Assembly (NCBI RefSeq): GCF_001194135.2
Contig: NC_068990.1
Location: forward strand, 61,840,794-61,904,793
DNA: 64,000 nt
Reading direction: 5' to 3'
Source: Octopus bimaculoides
Lineage: Eukaryota
Below are positions 11,745-25,069 of this stretch, piece after piece. Each line of letters starts with the position of its first letter. Position 1 is the first letter of the stretch. The position numbers were made by a program, and so were the translations under genes. The notes beneath the pieces were generated by a model. That model searched no databases, was not told the DNA's origin, and worked only from the letters and a program-made list of their open reading frames with translations.

Positions 11745-11990
11745 AATGTTGTGACAACAAAAGAATGAATGGGACCTCAATATTATGTAAATAGAGGAAT
11801 TTATCCATAATATAATATGTGACAATTAGTCGGTTGCCATAATAAAACTCAGAGTTTTGGATGTGGAAGTCTGTTCCGGCATCTTGTCAGTTATTAAGAC
11901 AAACAAAAATGCTATGAAAATGACTGTTAGATAAAGGGAAATTACCCGAATAGGGAGAAAGTAAAAAATACTCCAGTCCAACCCTCCAAC
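11745..11990 (-). mobile_element. Penelope-type pseudo-LTR, inverted relative to the adjacent GIY-YIG fragment
   Basis: Homologous to 31355-31560; contains a decayed hammerhead. Confidence 0.7.
11840..11896 (-). ncRNA. Degenerate type I hammerhead ribozyme, probably inactive
   Basis: Minus strand: TAATAA CTGACAA GATG...CATC C AAAA CTC T GAGT T TTATTA. Core positions G8 and G12 are A. Confidence 0.7.
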
Positions 11991-11994
11991 TTCG

Positions 11995-12480
11995 CACATC
12001 TTCCCCAACGTACCCCTCCCCTCCTTCAAACAAGACCACAACCTATGTGACCTCCTGGTCCACAGTTTCTTCCCTAACCCCACCTCCCAACCTGGCTTGT
12101 CCACCTGCTCCCGCCCACACTGCTGTACTTGCCCCTACCTCTCCATCATCTCTATCATATCACTGACTCCTTTACATGCACTTTTAGCAATGTTATTTAC
12201 TGCATCTCCTGCTCTTTCTGTCATTCTCTGTACATCGGTCAAACAGGACGCCACTTGGCTGACAGGTTCGTGGAGCACCTCTGAGACATTAGGCTTGGCA
12301 ATGACACCTCAGTCTCATACCATTTCTACTCTACCAGTCATTCATTACAACATGTGTCTGTGTTTGAATTGTCTTCGCACAGGAGCCATCCAAACTCCTG
12401 CCTTTGCCGTGAACAGGAATTAATCTTCTCTCTTCACTCCTTTGCCCCACATGGGCTCAACTCCCTCCCCTCTTCTCCTC
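11995..12480 (+). mobile_element. Penelope-like GIY-YIG endonuclease fragment
   Basis: FTCTFSNVIYCISCSFCHSLYIGQTGRHLADRFVEHL*DIRLG...CREQELIFSLHSFAPHGLN: VIY-YIG motifs, CxxC, RF.EH and terminal P.GLN, with one stop. Confidence 0.92.
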
Positions 12481-12649
12481 TCTTCATCTCACACCTTCTT
12501 CCTCTCTTCATCTCACACCTTCTTCCTCTCTTCATTCTTACCCACCTCTCCTTTTCTCTCTTGCCCTGACACCTACTTCCGCTCTTCACTCCTACCCACC
12601 TTCTCCCTTCATCATTACCCCTCCATGATGATGATGATGATGATGATAC

Positions 12650-12795
12650 ATGATGGGCTTCTTTCAGTTTCCATCAACCAAATCTCATTCACAAAGCTTT
12701 GGTCGGTGCAGGGCTATAACAGAAAACACTTGCCCAAGGAGTCATGCAGTTGGACAGAACATAAAACCAGGAGGTTGGGGATACAGCCCTGCCTG
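12650..12795 (-). mobile_element. SINE family A, 5' part
   Basis: gggcttctttcagtttccatcaaccaaatctcattcacaaagc...gaaaacacttgcccaagg. Confidence 0.8.
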
Positions 12796-14760
12796 TACCT
12801 ATACTCAAAATATATACTACTAAATAAATATTACAGTATAGCTAAATTAACAGGGTTTTGAAACCAATACATGAACAGCCCAAGGAGATTTGGGGTAGGT
12901 TTTATCCTCACATTAACTTCTCACTGCTTTTATCTACCTATTAAATAATGCATTTTATATGTCAACACTTCAATGTTTATTTAAAATTAAATAGATTATA
13001 ATGTGTCGTGCTTGGCCCTTTAGTTATAATAGCTGCACATGTGTAAGATCACATGGTATCTCTCTGGTACTTAATCTTTGCTTTCTACTTATTTTATCAA
13101 GCATAGATTGAGTATAATTACAAGCCCATCTTAGTATATATTTTATTGATTATAGAAGGTTGTTACTTATATGTTTATTACAACATAATTGCAGCTAATT
13201 ATTATGCTGACCCCACCCACTCTGGCTTGAAAGATAAAAAGCTAAAAATCAATTTGTTGTGAAATGGAAACATTCAACATCCAGTCCATGTCCAGTTTTA
13301 AACTTGTTGTGGAATATTTTAGAATTTTCTAAGAATAAAAGCAACTGAGCAAAAGACAGTTTAATGGCAAGAGGAGGGAAAAAAGTGAGTGTGAAGACAT
13401 TATTTCCAATGGAACTAGCTACGTGGAAATGAAATAAAAAGAATTCAAACTATCTATTGATTGTAAAAATGTACTGAAAAAATATATAAAATATCCATTA
13501 ACATCCATCAATTTGTAAAGTTCCCCAGTTTCAGTATGTACTAACATTAATAACTAAATGTTATGATATTAAGTTTTAAAAATCTTTTGTAAAACAACTA
13601 AAATTTAAACAGTTTACACTGCCAAGAAATTCATAGAATTTACAAGTCTTCTTTTTTATTTGGAAATTCAGAGAGTAACTGTTAAGTTCATGACATTCCT
13701 AGAATGTGAAGTAATGGGTGGGGTCCAGTAATTAGCTCCAAACACTGAATACTTTCCATTAAAAGTAATCTAGAAATAGAGAAGTGTCCAGTGATGTAGT
13801 TTGAAGAAGAAAAGGCATTACTAGGTTGTATTCTGTGGGTCCAAAACAAAAAGATAGAATGAGAAGTAAGAACCAACATATCTGCACTTAATTTCTTTTC
13901 CTGGGTTACATTTCATGAAGGTGGAGGACCTTAAAGTTCTGAAAAATGCTGATTAAGAGTTACGACAGAGAAAAGAACAAATATTTTCTCTTTTCCTTTG
14001 TCCTTTCCTCAATCTCATTTCTTTGTCTTAAACTTGCTGAGTAAATGAATTCACTATTACATACTGATTACTGAATGAATATTTTTGATTATTTCCTTGT
14101 TTTCCTTTAACTAAAAGATAAGCCACCAAAATGTTTCCTTGTCTTACATAATGTTAGCTAGTCAATCAGTTTAATGTTTACTGGAAAGGAAGTACAGCAG
14201 AAAAGGTTATTTTGATTCAACAATGATGTTGAATTTTGTCCTGAAGAACATAAGGTTTCGTTTAGGTTAAGACTACAAAAAATCTTACAGGAGTCTACAA
14301 GGTTCAAACTATAGCCACAAAACAGTTATTGAAAGTTGCTAGTCTAGACATAATTTACAGGTATTTTACCATTCTACAGTCAACATATGTTGGATGAATG
14401 TCAGATGGTCTCATAATGGAAGCACTCTATCATTATGCCTTCCAAAGTTAAAAATAATAGGGCTCACTCTTCCTCACAAACATGCTGTGGCAGTTGGGGA
14501 TTGACACCCTCATTGCTCCTTAAATCACAGGTAGCTGCAAGAAGGTTTATTGGGGATTCTCAGTTGTCTTACATTTGAAGACATCTGAGAGACACCCGTA
14601 TTAATTGATTAAACTGACCTGAAATTTATTTTATTGATTCTCAAAGGATGAAAGACAAAAACCAACCCACTGCAGGACTAAACTAAAATAGTGAGATAGC
14701 AACTAAAACCTCACAAAGCATTTTGTATAATACTTTGATGATTCTGATCACTTACTTGCC

Positions 14761-14971
14761 TTGATCCTTTAGCATTCAGATTACTCTATCAAATGTAATG
14801 CTTATTTATTCATTTGAATTAATCATTGTAGTTTTGAGACTTGGATAGTGTGAATATTTTTAGAATGACACTATAGGATAGGTGTAAGAAGCTGGATCTG
14901 GCAAGTTTGGATTTAATAAACAGGTGAAATATTTTGGCCAGATATTGCCAGTTTAAATGCTAAAGGGTTAA
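14761..14971. mobile_element. TTAA-type MITE 1
   Basis: cctttagcattcagatt ... aatgctaaagggTTAA terminal inverted repeats. Confidence 0.8.
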
Positions 14972-17065
14972 AGTTGTTACATGGAATGTATGTTTTGTCT
15001 AAGTTACTCCATAATCTCCTTTTTCTACATTGTGATCAGAAGGAAGATCTAAACAACATTGGTAAGATGGCTGTTCCAAAGTGTTCTTTAACAAAAACAA
15101 GAAATAAACTAGTTTTGCATTCCATTCAATTATTCAGTAACTTCCTCTCAAGAAGGACGGAACATGAGAGAGAGCCGGTGCTTTCTTAGGTGATGAAATA
15201 TAAACTTAAACAGAGGTGTTTATCTATTGAACATACTAATGGCATAACAGATGGACTTCTGAAATGATCAGCTTAAATCCAAACGTTGAAAGGATCAAAA
15301 ACAGTTGTAGCTTTAGTCACCTTGGAATTGTCTGCACTAAATCACATTACTATGGCAACTGAAATAATTCTAATTGATTCCTTCCGAGAACTGACATTAT
15401 GAAACAGCAGATATATAGATAGTATAACTAAATCAGAGGACAGCCATTTAATTTACTGATTTCAACAAGTGAAGTCCAGTTACATTTTTTAAGAGTACCT
15501 ATTGGTAAGTTTTATTTCCTTCTACCGTTGGAAGATTGAGCAATTATCTTCATGTTGTTGCTCTTTTGAAGACTTTCACTTCATGTCATCAAATTACTTG
15601 TGTTGATTCAATGATATAATATCCACAAAGTAAGTAACAAGTTGATAGAAGAAAATCAAATAAAACTTTTAAAAATACAGCCTTCAGATCTTTAGTCATT
15701 ATCTAAACAGATTAAGTATTTTGATATAACAAATTTGGCTTCTCGTAAAGATTAGAATCATTAAAAGAAAGAAGTCCACAGAGTTTAGGCATGAATTTCA
15801 TAGCATTTTCAATGAAAGAAGATAAAAGAGTAAATACACTGGATATGAAAATTTAAGAGAATTCTTAGATGACATTCTAAGAATTTAAAAGGACAAAATA
15901 TTTCAAGAAGAGGACAAAAAAAAGAGAGAGTATAAATGTCTATCCTAAAAGGGTATCATAAAGAAAAAGGAAAATCAAGAGAATGGCTTAATATTTTGTT
16001 CCAATAGTTTAAGGTTGTTAACTTTATTTTTGTGATGGTTAAGTAGTGAATGAGTGTAATAAATTAAACTCAAGAAATTTACCACATTAAGTGTTTGAGT
16101 CCAGTTGGAATAACTCTGAGTTTTATCTTGCAGACCCTCATTTATTGAAAAACATGCTTCACTAGAATAGCAAGTGTAATTACAGCAAAGAAAAAATGTT
16201 GAAAAGCAAAGAGAATAACTGATATCAAGAAAAAACTAGGGTCTATATTATGTAGAAATTATGAAGTTGACCAATAAAAAATAAAAAATGTTAAAATAGC
16301 AAATAAAGGAAAGTTAAAATATAAAATGAGACTAAAGTACAACAGGAAGAAATGTTGTTTAAACAAACATGCAAGAAGACAGCTAAGTTGTTTAGTTGTT
16401 CAAAAACCTACAGGAAAAACAGCTAAAACAATGCTATACGCTGCCAAAGTAAAGTAGGAGTGTGCAAATGTGTGCGTGTGCGTGTAGAAGTATTATAAAA
16501 CTATGAGACATCTCTAGCAGAATGCATAAATTCCAGAAATATTTGCGATATCCCTGTGGAATCTTTTCATCTTCAATAGTGTACATTTCATTTATAAATG
16601 TTAAACATAGGTTGAATGGGTCTGCAAATACATAAATTTATTAAGTTTGGTGTTTCTGTAAAGTAAAGCTAGAAATCTGAAATACACATTGATGGAATCT
16701 CAAATAAATAAATGCTAATGAAGGGTGAAGTTTTTCCATCTTCCATAAAGTTAAATAATTTGTAATTTGTGACATCAGTAGATATATATTAAAATGTTAA
16801 CTGGAAGGACTGATTAATTAATGGCAATGGGGTTTACAGCAGAATCTTCCACATGTTTGTGGTTTCATTTAAATTTTGATTAAGAACATTCTTGATAATT
16901 CTGATGTAACCAGCGAAAGTGGAATGTGAAATGGAAACAGTTTTGTTTGAAGCTTGAATGGTTCTTGAACCAATGACTTCCAGAGTATGCAATGACCATG
17001 TTTTCTGGATGCATTCTAAACAAAATCTCAGCAAAAAGTTTGGCATAATTTTGACTAACGGGAAG

Positions 17066-17465
17066 GTGGCGAGCTGGCAGAAATGTTAGCACGCCAGGTG
17101 AAATGCTTAGCACTATTTAGTCTGTCTTTATGTTCTGAGTTCAAATTCTGCTGAGGTCGACTTTGCCTTTCATCCTTTCGGGGTCAATAAATTAAGTACC
17201 AGTTACGCACTGGGGTCGATATAATCGACTTAATACCTTTGTCTGTCCTTGTTTGTCCCCTCTATGTTTAGCCTCTTGAGGGCAATACAGAAATAAGTAT
17301 TGAGTCTGTCTTTATGTTCTGAGTTCAAATTCTGCTGAGGTCGACTTTGCCTTTTATCCTTTTGGGGTCAATAAATTAAATACCAGTTGCATGCTGAGGT
17401 CAATCCAATTGACTGACCAGCACCCAAACATTTCGGGCCTTGTGCTTAGAATAGAAATGATTTTG
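17066..17465 (+). mobile_element. SINE family B, tandem dimer
   Basis: ggcgagctggcagaaatgttagcacg...gagttcaaattctgctgaggtcgac; the core is repeated at about 17119 and 17303. Confidence 0.88.
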
Positions 17466-18059
17466 ACTGACGGTGTAAAAATAAAAAGCCTAATGCAAAT
17501 AACTATTTCAATAACCTGAGAAGAACTGTGCCATTTTTATACTGCACAGAATCAAAGACAAATATTTCAAACTTCAACATAAAGACATCAAAATAAATAA
17601 GCAAAGATCAAAAACATTCATCAAGCCTATTTTAGAAAAAGGTAGCTCTTTGATAGTAGCATTGGTAGAAAGTGAGATGGAGAGAGAGAGAGGAAGAGGG
17701 AGATAGTTTACAATGAAGTAGCAGTGGGAGGACAACATGAAGCAGTGGGAGGGAGGGCTACATGTAGCAGTGTAATGCAAAATATCTCTTGATTGAGCTG
17801 GCTTAATTAATAGATAGTTAAATACTGTTTAAAAAAGTTGAGCATTGGAGACCAGGAGTCTAGCATGATCTAAATATAGATCTATTGGCAACTTTAGAGG
17901 TGCATGCACCACAGACTCTTGGTTACTTAGATTAAATTATTCAGTTCTTGGATAGTTTTTCTATAAATATCAAACATTATTTAAAATGAATGAGTAAAGC
18001 TAAATAGTTCTCAAGAAGTATTTACATCATCACAAGTAGTGTGCACGAGGTTGTGATCA

Positions 18060-18265
18060 TTACTTTATTCTTTTTACTTCTCCAGTCATTCAGACTGTGG
18101 TCATACAGGAGCATATCTTGAGTTTAGGGGTTCAAAATATCCCATTCTCCTGCACAATACTTATTCTGTAGTCACTTTTGGCCAGACCACTAAGTTGCAG
18201 GGATATAAACAAACCAAGACTGGTTGTTGTCAAAGAGTGGAACAAAAGTTTAAACAGTAAAATTG

Positions 18266-18305
<40 letters not shown>

Positions 18306-18445
18306 TATGCACAGGATTCCATTTAGTTTCCATCTACCAAATTCACTCACAAGGTGTATTGGTCAGCCTAGGGCTACAAAAGTCACTTGTTCAACCTACC
18401 ATGTAGTGGGACTGAACTTGAAAGCATGTGGCTGCAAAGATAACT
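18060..18445 (-). mobile_element. SINE family A
   Basis: Reverse-complement tail (ccagtcattcagactgtggtc) to head (catgtagtgggactgaac). Confidence 0.75.
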
Positions 18446-18463
18446 TCTTATCCATATCTGTGC

Positions 18464-18496
<33 letters not shown>

Positions 18497-18892
18497 TACG
18501 CACAGACACATGCATGTGTGCAGACAGACACACGCACAAATACACACATGCATGCAGGCAAACAAACACATGCACACACAGATATATACAGAAAGACACA
18601 CACACATGCAAACAGACACACAGAGGTAGACAACAGTAGAAAACTCTAAAACTGACTTTTTGCTCAGCACTTCTCTGAGTTTCCCATATTTATTTGTTCT
18701 CCCACATAGAAATCATAACACATCTACACAAATCCAAACTTAACTTTAAATTTAAACATATGACCTTGAGTCTCAACTTTATCTGAATGTAGGATAAATT
18801 CCATACTGAAACAGCTATTCTCTAGCCAAATCCAATCATACACTGTGTTTGTTAACTGAACCTTGTGCATGACCACTGGTCAGAATGGTCAA

Positions 18893-19065
18893 CACTGTAT
18901 TCTGTTATCTTTAAGATGTTAATGTCTGACTGGAAGGAGATTTGCTAAGCATTTTTTCTGGATCAAGTGATCACATAAAAGGACACTTCATTTTAATTTT
19001 AGGGTTGATGTGATTTACATTTTATGAATTTCATTAAAATTCTTTCATCAGTTTTGGCAATCCAA
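18893..19065 (+). repeat. Dispersed repeat, copy 1 of a direct pair
   Basis: actgtattctgttatctttaagatg...cattaaaattctttcatcagtttt aligns with 19720-19885. Confidence 0.75.
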
Positions 19066-19099
19066 TTTAGTGTTGAGTATGATTCTATCTAATCATGTC

Positions 19100-19310
19100 C
19101 CTTATGACATTGATTTCAAATTTTGGCACAAGGCCAGTGATTTGGGGTAATTGGGTAACACTCCAGTATTCAACTGGTACTTATTTTATCGACCCTGAAA
19201 GGATGAAAGGCAAAGTTAACCTCAGCAGGATTTGAACTCAGAATGCAAAGATGAACGAAATGCTGCTAAGCAATTTTCCCGGCTCAGTAACAATTCTGCT
19301 AGCTTGCTGC
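19100..19310 (-). mobile_element. SINE family B
   Basis: tttcaaattttggcacaaggcc...gaactcagaatg...ttctgctagcttgc. Confidence 0.85.
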
Positions 19311-19434
19311 TGTAGTGTGACCTACATATGAATAGTATCTCTTATATTTGGTATTAGTTTATTTTTCTTGGTCCTTGTTTGGACTCTTTCTAATATACAA
19401 CTAAATCTAGTTATTTATATTCAACCCCAGATAA

Positions 19435-19655
19435 GCTAGTGAGCTAGCAAGATTGTTAGCATGCTTGGCAAAATACTTAGTGGGATTTCGTCCATCTTTT
19501 ACATTCTGAGTTCAAATTCCACCAAGGCTGCTTTTGCCTTTCATCCTTTCAGGGTTGATAAAATGAGTACCCTTGAGTACTGGGACTGATGTAATTAACT
19601 TAGGCCGCTTCCCTAAAATTATTGGTATTGTGCCAAAATTTGAAACCAGTATTTA
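19435..19655 (+). mobile_element. SINE family B
   Basis: gtgagctagcaagattgttagc...gtgccaaaatttgaaacc. Confidence 0.85.
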
Positions 19656-19719
19656 ACCTCAGATCTAGTTTCACTCAACAAAACTCAAGGATACAGTACA
19701 AAAAAAAAAACAAAAAAAA

Positions 19720-19885
19720 ACTGTATTCTGTATTCTTTAAGATGATAGTGTGTGTTTGGAGGGAGATTTGGTTAATATTTCTTGCAGATCAAGTGATCAT
19801 ATAAAAGGACTCTAGTTTAATTTAAAGGTTGATGTAATTTACATTTTATTAATTACCCTCATTAAAATTCTTTCATTAGTTTTAT
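19720..19885 (+). repeat. Dispersed repeat, copy 2 of a direct pair
   Basis: Aligns with 18893-19065. Confidence 0.75.
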
Positions 19886-19897
19886 GGTAGTGATTCA

Positions 19898-20148
19898 TAA
19901 AAACCCTTTTGATACAAACTGACCCAAGAGCCAACCCATTGCTTCTAACAAAAAAAAAAAAACAAAAAAAAAAACAGATTTTAAAATGATTCAAAATTAA
20001 GCTTTCCACCAAAATTTCATATTAATTTTTGTTCCCAACACCAGTTTATTTTACAAACTTATCTTACTTATTCTTTATCATTTTAAAAATTCGTTGAAAA
20101 TACGGCAGTGTTGTATTTCATCAGAAATGTGGTTAACGAAAAGGTTAA
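19898..20148. mobile_element. TTAA-type MITE 2, reverse orientation
   Basis: cccttttgatac ... gttaacgaaaaggTTAA; reverse complement of 41509-41736. Confidence 0.7.
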
Positions 20149-20622
20149 AGAAATATGTGTGCTACTTAAATTTCAGAGCTATTTCATGTTGCAAAATATC
20201 ATAAATAAAACGTGGTACACCATACAAGGATCAGTATAAGCCTATAATACATATTGTTCATAATGCAGTATAACCTAGCCTTGTTATACTAAGTGACTGG
20301 TCTAACTAACTGGTGAGTAAATAGTCACAGTGAAAATAGCATAGAAAATAAATTCAAGTACCTAATTCGAGAAGACAGAATAGCAGGCACTCTGTACAGT
20401 AATTGGTTATGTGGTCACAAACTTCTTGATCTTTTCTATCTGAAATGAGTGCTTATAAAGCTTACTATCATTTTATATTCAAGCGCTCTTAACAGCTAAT
20501 TCATTCATAAATTTCAAAATATAATTCAACAGATATTTAAAAGCTGTTATCTTACATATCAAGCTACTTTATATACATTTCTTTAATTTATCTACCTATA
20601 CAAACTAATAATAATAATAATA

Positions 20623-20657
<35 letters not shown>

Positions 20658-21051
20658 AATGATAGTCATCATCATATCATCTACATGATCATTTACCTAT
20701 CTACCTAGTGTAGAGCAGATAAATAAGTTTATGCAAGTTTAGTAAAGTCAAGTACAACCGCTGGTTTTGTTATATTTGCCAGATTTGCATCTATACAAAG
20801 TGTAAAAAGTGGTTGGGAGGAGTGGCTTATATCAACAGGACAGGATTTCATATATATGTATGTATATACATATTTACATACATATACACACACACACAAA
20901 CATACACTCATATGCACATATATACATATGCATATAAGCATACATATGTATATAAGCATACATATGTATATATCTACATATTTTAACATCCACTTACATA
21001 CATATATATATACACACAAGTTATCGTCATCATGTTTTAATATCTACTCGT

Positions 21052-21095
<44 letters not shown>

Positions 21096-21129
21096 ATATA
21101 CATATTCACACACAAAGACACACACATAT

Positions 21130-21310
21130 CATTATCATCATCATCATTGTGTTTTAACATCCACTTGCCCAAGCAAAACAAAAGCGAGATGAAATTGACT
21201 GAAGCAGAATTTTCTATGGTTAGATGCCCTTCTGATGCCAAAACTTCAACTGTTTTCAAGCAAGGCAATACAGTCTGTCAGTTTATCAAACAACAAACAG
21301 CCAGGACATG
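21130..21310 (-). mobile_element. SINE family G ((CAT)n-tailed)
   Basis: catcatcattgtgttttaacatccac...agatgcccttctgatgcc; homologous to 28290, 33440 and 48070. Confidence 0.65.
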
Positions 21311-21604
21311 CTTCCGCAGAGGAAAGTAAACAAATGGCACTGTTTGTACGAAGAGTGCAGCTTGTTGACAATCAGGTCTTGCATGACAAGAAGCTTGAAA
21401 CATAACTTTTGTAGTGGACTGCAAAGGAAATCATCAGCATGAAAAGCGAGGCTCTTGATTATAATCAGCAATCACATATGTCAAATTAAGGAGGAAAATG
21501 AACTAAGTCATATACACACACAAACACAAATATTCACATATATACCAGCATGAAAAATAGATGTTAAACTATGATGAAGATGATGGCCTATATGTAGATA
21601 TATG

Positions 21605-21710
21605 GGAGAACGTACGAAAAAAAACAACAACAGACGAGGACAGGTGGTGTAAACAACAAAAGGATGTATTAGTTTGACGCTCGGGAATACAGAAATTCTT
21701 TAACGTTTTA
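21605..21710 (-). mobile_element. Possible Penelope pseudo-LTR remnant
   Basis: CpG-retaining stretch ending in tctttaacgtttt, which on minus resembles the 3' half of a minimal hammerhead; family assignment is from memory. Confidence 0.35.
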
Positions 21711-21759
21711 CAGAGTATAAAAGAGACAAGTTATCCTGGCAGATACCTATTACCTCTTG

Positions 21760-22090
21760 AATTGGTTTAGATGTTGGTTATCCACAACAGTCCATTATAT
21801 AGTACCCAGGCTCAAAAAGAGATACTGGTACTGGCAAACTTCACTCATTGACTAATTCCATGTTCTTATTCAAAGCTGCAAATATTTTGTTGTGTATTTA
21901 ATGACATTAATAATGAATAGGCGAGGGGAGATTTTATTCACATCCCCAGATTTCTTTATTCAAATGTTTTCTAAAGAATGTATGTCTGACCTACATATGT
22001 TTCAACTGCAGTGACTGCACATTGCTTTGTATGCATTTATGCATTCTAGTTGCTGCAATTTTATCAAGGGTCCATCACTGACGATGTTTT
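21760..22090 (-). mobile_element. Possible ancient LINE RT remnant
   Basis: Minus frame ...NAYKAMC...ENI*IKKSGDVNKISPRLFIINV loosely resembles GVRQG..LSP.LF; multiple stops. Confidence 0.3.
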
Positions 22091-22289
22091 TAAAGTGAAC
22101 TGATTCAAACAGGCATCCTGCATTGGTATTCAGTTGAAAGTAATAGCATCACTATTTATATTCAACTAGCCTTTTCTAATAGCAGAAATCTAACACACAA
22201 ATTATAACAGTGATATCAACATTCTTAAATACTCTGTGGAATATTTGCAGTTCTGTATATGCATATATATATATATATATATATATAAA

Positions 22290-22680
22290 TATAATTTTTA
22301 CTTGTTTCAGTCATTAAAATGCAGCCATGCTGAGACACCGTGCTGAAGAATTTTAGTTGATGAATCGACCCCAGTACTCGTTTTTATTTTAAGCCTGTTA
22401 CTTATTTTAGCAGTCTCTTTTGCCGAACTGCTAAATTAGAGGGACACAAACACCAGCTGTCGAATGGAAGTGAGGGACAAATAAAGACACAGACAGACAG
22501 AAAGACACACACACAATAGGCTTCTTTCAGTTTCTGCTTACCAAATCCACTCACAAGGCTTTGGTTGGTCCGAGGCTATTGTAGAAGACACTTGCCACAG
22601 GTGCCACATGCAGTGAGACTGAACCTGGAACCATGTGGTTGGGAAGCAAATTTCTTATGACACAGTCACACCTGCGGCTA
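22290..22680 (-). mobile_element. SINE family A, full length
   Basis: ttttacttgtttcagtcatt ... gaaccatgtggttgggaagc...acagtcacacctgc. Confidence 0.88.
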
Positions 22681-22705
22681 TATATATATATATATATATA
22701 TATAT

Positions 22706-22912
22706 NNNNNNNNNNNNNNNNNNNNNNNNNNNNNNNNNNNNNNNNNNNNNNNNNNNNNNNNNNNNNNNNNNNNNNNNNNNNNNNNNNNNNNNNNNNNNNN
22801 NNNNNNNNNNNNNNNNNNNNNNNNNNNNNNNNNNNNNNNNNNNNNNNNNNNNNNNNNNNNNNNNNNNNNNNNNNNNNNNNNNNNNNNNNNNNNNNNNNNN
22901 NNNNNNNNNNNN
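22706..22912. other. Assembly gap after (TA)n
   Basis: N-run. Confidence 1.
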
Positions 22913-25069
22913 AAACAATAAGCAACACGGATTTCAAAAGTGATTGCAGTACGCACGTTTCATGCTACTTCAATTTATTTAAGTAATGTGAGCATTACCT
23001 TAAATGCAATATGAAGAGCAATCTTCAGCTGCACGAAAAAATTGTAGAAAAAAAGACATATTACAAATGTGGCAACATATTAAAACCAAGTGGGAGAGAG
23101 CAGAGGAAGAATATATAAGTCCATCTTGACATAGCAGGGTCTATCAGGCTAGTAATTGATTCTAGACAAAAGTTTTAACTGTCTCAGAATTCTATTGTTT
23201 CTTATCTAGTGGTGATAGCAAAGGGACAATTACTTCTAAAGAGAGGGAAGGTGTAAGAAGACTTTTGCAAGTTTCTGTCAATCAATCAGACTTACAATGT
23301 ATTGGGTTGGTCAACTCACAGCTGTAGTAGAGGACATTAACTTATAATGTCCTTTCAGAAAGACTAACCCTCAACCATTTAGTTCTGAAGCGAACTCCCT
23401 AACCACATGCCCATACTTGTGCCTATATCTCTCTACCTACACACACACACTCTCTCTCTCTCTAAATATGTACATATGAGCAAATGAAGGAGCCTAAATG
23501 TAATTGTGCAACCTGCTAAAAGTAGAACCCAGCTAACCTTAAAAGCACAACCTACAATCTTAGAGAGAACACTTTGAATAAGCTAATCTCAGATACACTA
23601 CTCCTGGAAACAAATGTTGGAAAGTCTTGGTTTCCATCTGAGGTCTGCTTCACAGAAACTGACCTGCAGCTGAACAACAAATCTGGACCATAAGTAAATT
23701 TCCATATAAGATATGAATATGAGAAGCGTGTACTGACAAGCACTAACTGGACAATATTCAGAATACAAAGCTTTTCTGATTTATCTTAGTTATGTCTTGT
23801 TTCTTTGAAGAGAATCTTTGCAGGAGAATTGTTTCTGTGAAATTAATCACTATTTCATGTAACTGAAATGACATGTTGCTGTAAAGTAAGCCTTGAGCAT
23901 CTCTGCTTGAGTAGACCTAGTTGTATAGAGCTAGAAAAATGGAAACACACAAGTAACCCAGAGGTCAACTACACTTAATTATGCCATGTTTACAGGATGT
24001 CTTGCTTGTCAATTTGGAAGGGCATTTATCACTTGGTTAGCGTTCCAGACATAAATAACTCTTTTATTTGTAGGATATCCGGTCCTAAAAATTTAGGACA
24101 AAACATGCAGTTTTAATTTTGGAAGTGGTCGAAGGTCTTGTGTTGTTTAATGATAGCAACAAATCCAAGTGCTGTTTTTTAACCCTAAAACAATGTTTCT
24201 AAGTTTTTACTTATATTAGCTGGCAAACAAAACATGACGAGAAAGCTTAACATTTGTAAGTAAATAAAAAAAGAGAAGAAATATATATATATATATATAT
24301 ATATAAAGCTACCTATAAATATTTCACTTTATTACAGTTCCTGTGAAACAAATGCTTGAATAAATTTCATAATACTGTACAATAAAACAAAGCAGACTAT
24401 GAAGTTATAAAGACATTAAAGCTATCTGCTTCAGAAAGAAACTAAATATAGTCGGTGAATAAAAAGGTGCTTGTCAAAGGGACTTGCTCTCACCTGCTCC
24501 ACTGTTTACTGAGTAATTGAATTACCTACAAGAGCTCTCAAGTTCAGAGTATTACCTATTTTTTAACTAGTATTAATGTTAATAGGTCAAGCCAGATTGA
24601 CTAGCAAGTGAAAAGGAATGTGTGTCACCTGCCTTTGCCAGAATATCTCAAGGCCATCCCAGCAGAGCTAACATGTCAATAAGGGAATCTAAAGCAAATT
24701 GCTCTGTCTGATTACAGTGTGAAAATTAAAGCAAAAGGATTGGGTGGGGTGGGGAGGACACACACACACACACACACAAACACACAAACTATATATACTG
24801 TGGGAGAACCAGACACAACTCACAGACACAGAAAAAAAAGAGAAAAAATAGAGAAAGAAAGAGAGCATGCCAGACAATGCGTACATGGATATAATACTGC
24901 ATATAATACTTGTATGCATAAAGTTACGTATATAGTTATTTAGTATATTTTTCTGTGACAAAAGTAGATAGTAAAAGGATGTGAGTTTAATTACACTTCT
25001 TTGTGTGTGTATGTATATATATATATATACATACATACATACACACACACATATATACACACACATACA

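Noticed and set aside
13921-15505. Candidate + exons at 13921, 15040-15061 and about 15471-15505
   Set aside because: Short and unrecognised; phases do not chain with the other candidates (joining 1428, 15040 and 25750 creates a TGA).
16834-17060. Two overlapping minus ORFs with protein-like composition
   Set aside because: About 70 codons is within chance expectation, no motif is recognised, and one ORF starts inside a SINE.
21697-21710. 3' half of a minimal hammerhead (AAAACGTTAAAGA on minus)
   Set aside because: The CUGANGA half and stem II are absent, so it cannot be a ribozyme.
23552-23743. Open frames on both strands with a CAG|GTCAGT donor
   Set aside because: No recognisable protein, and the strand is ambiguous.
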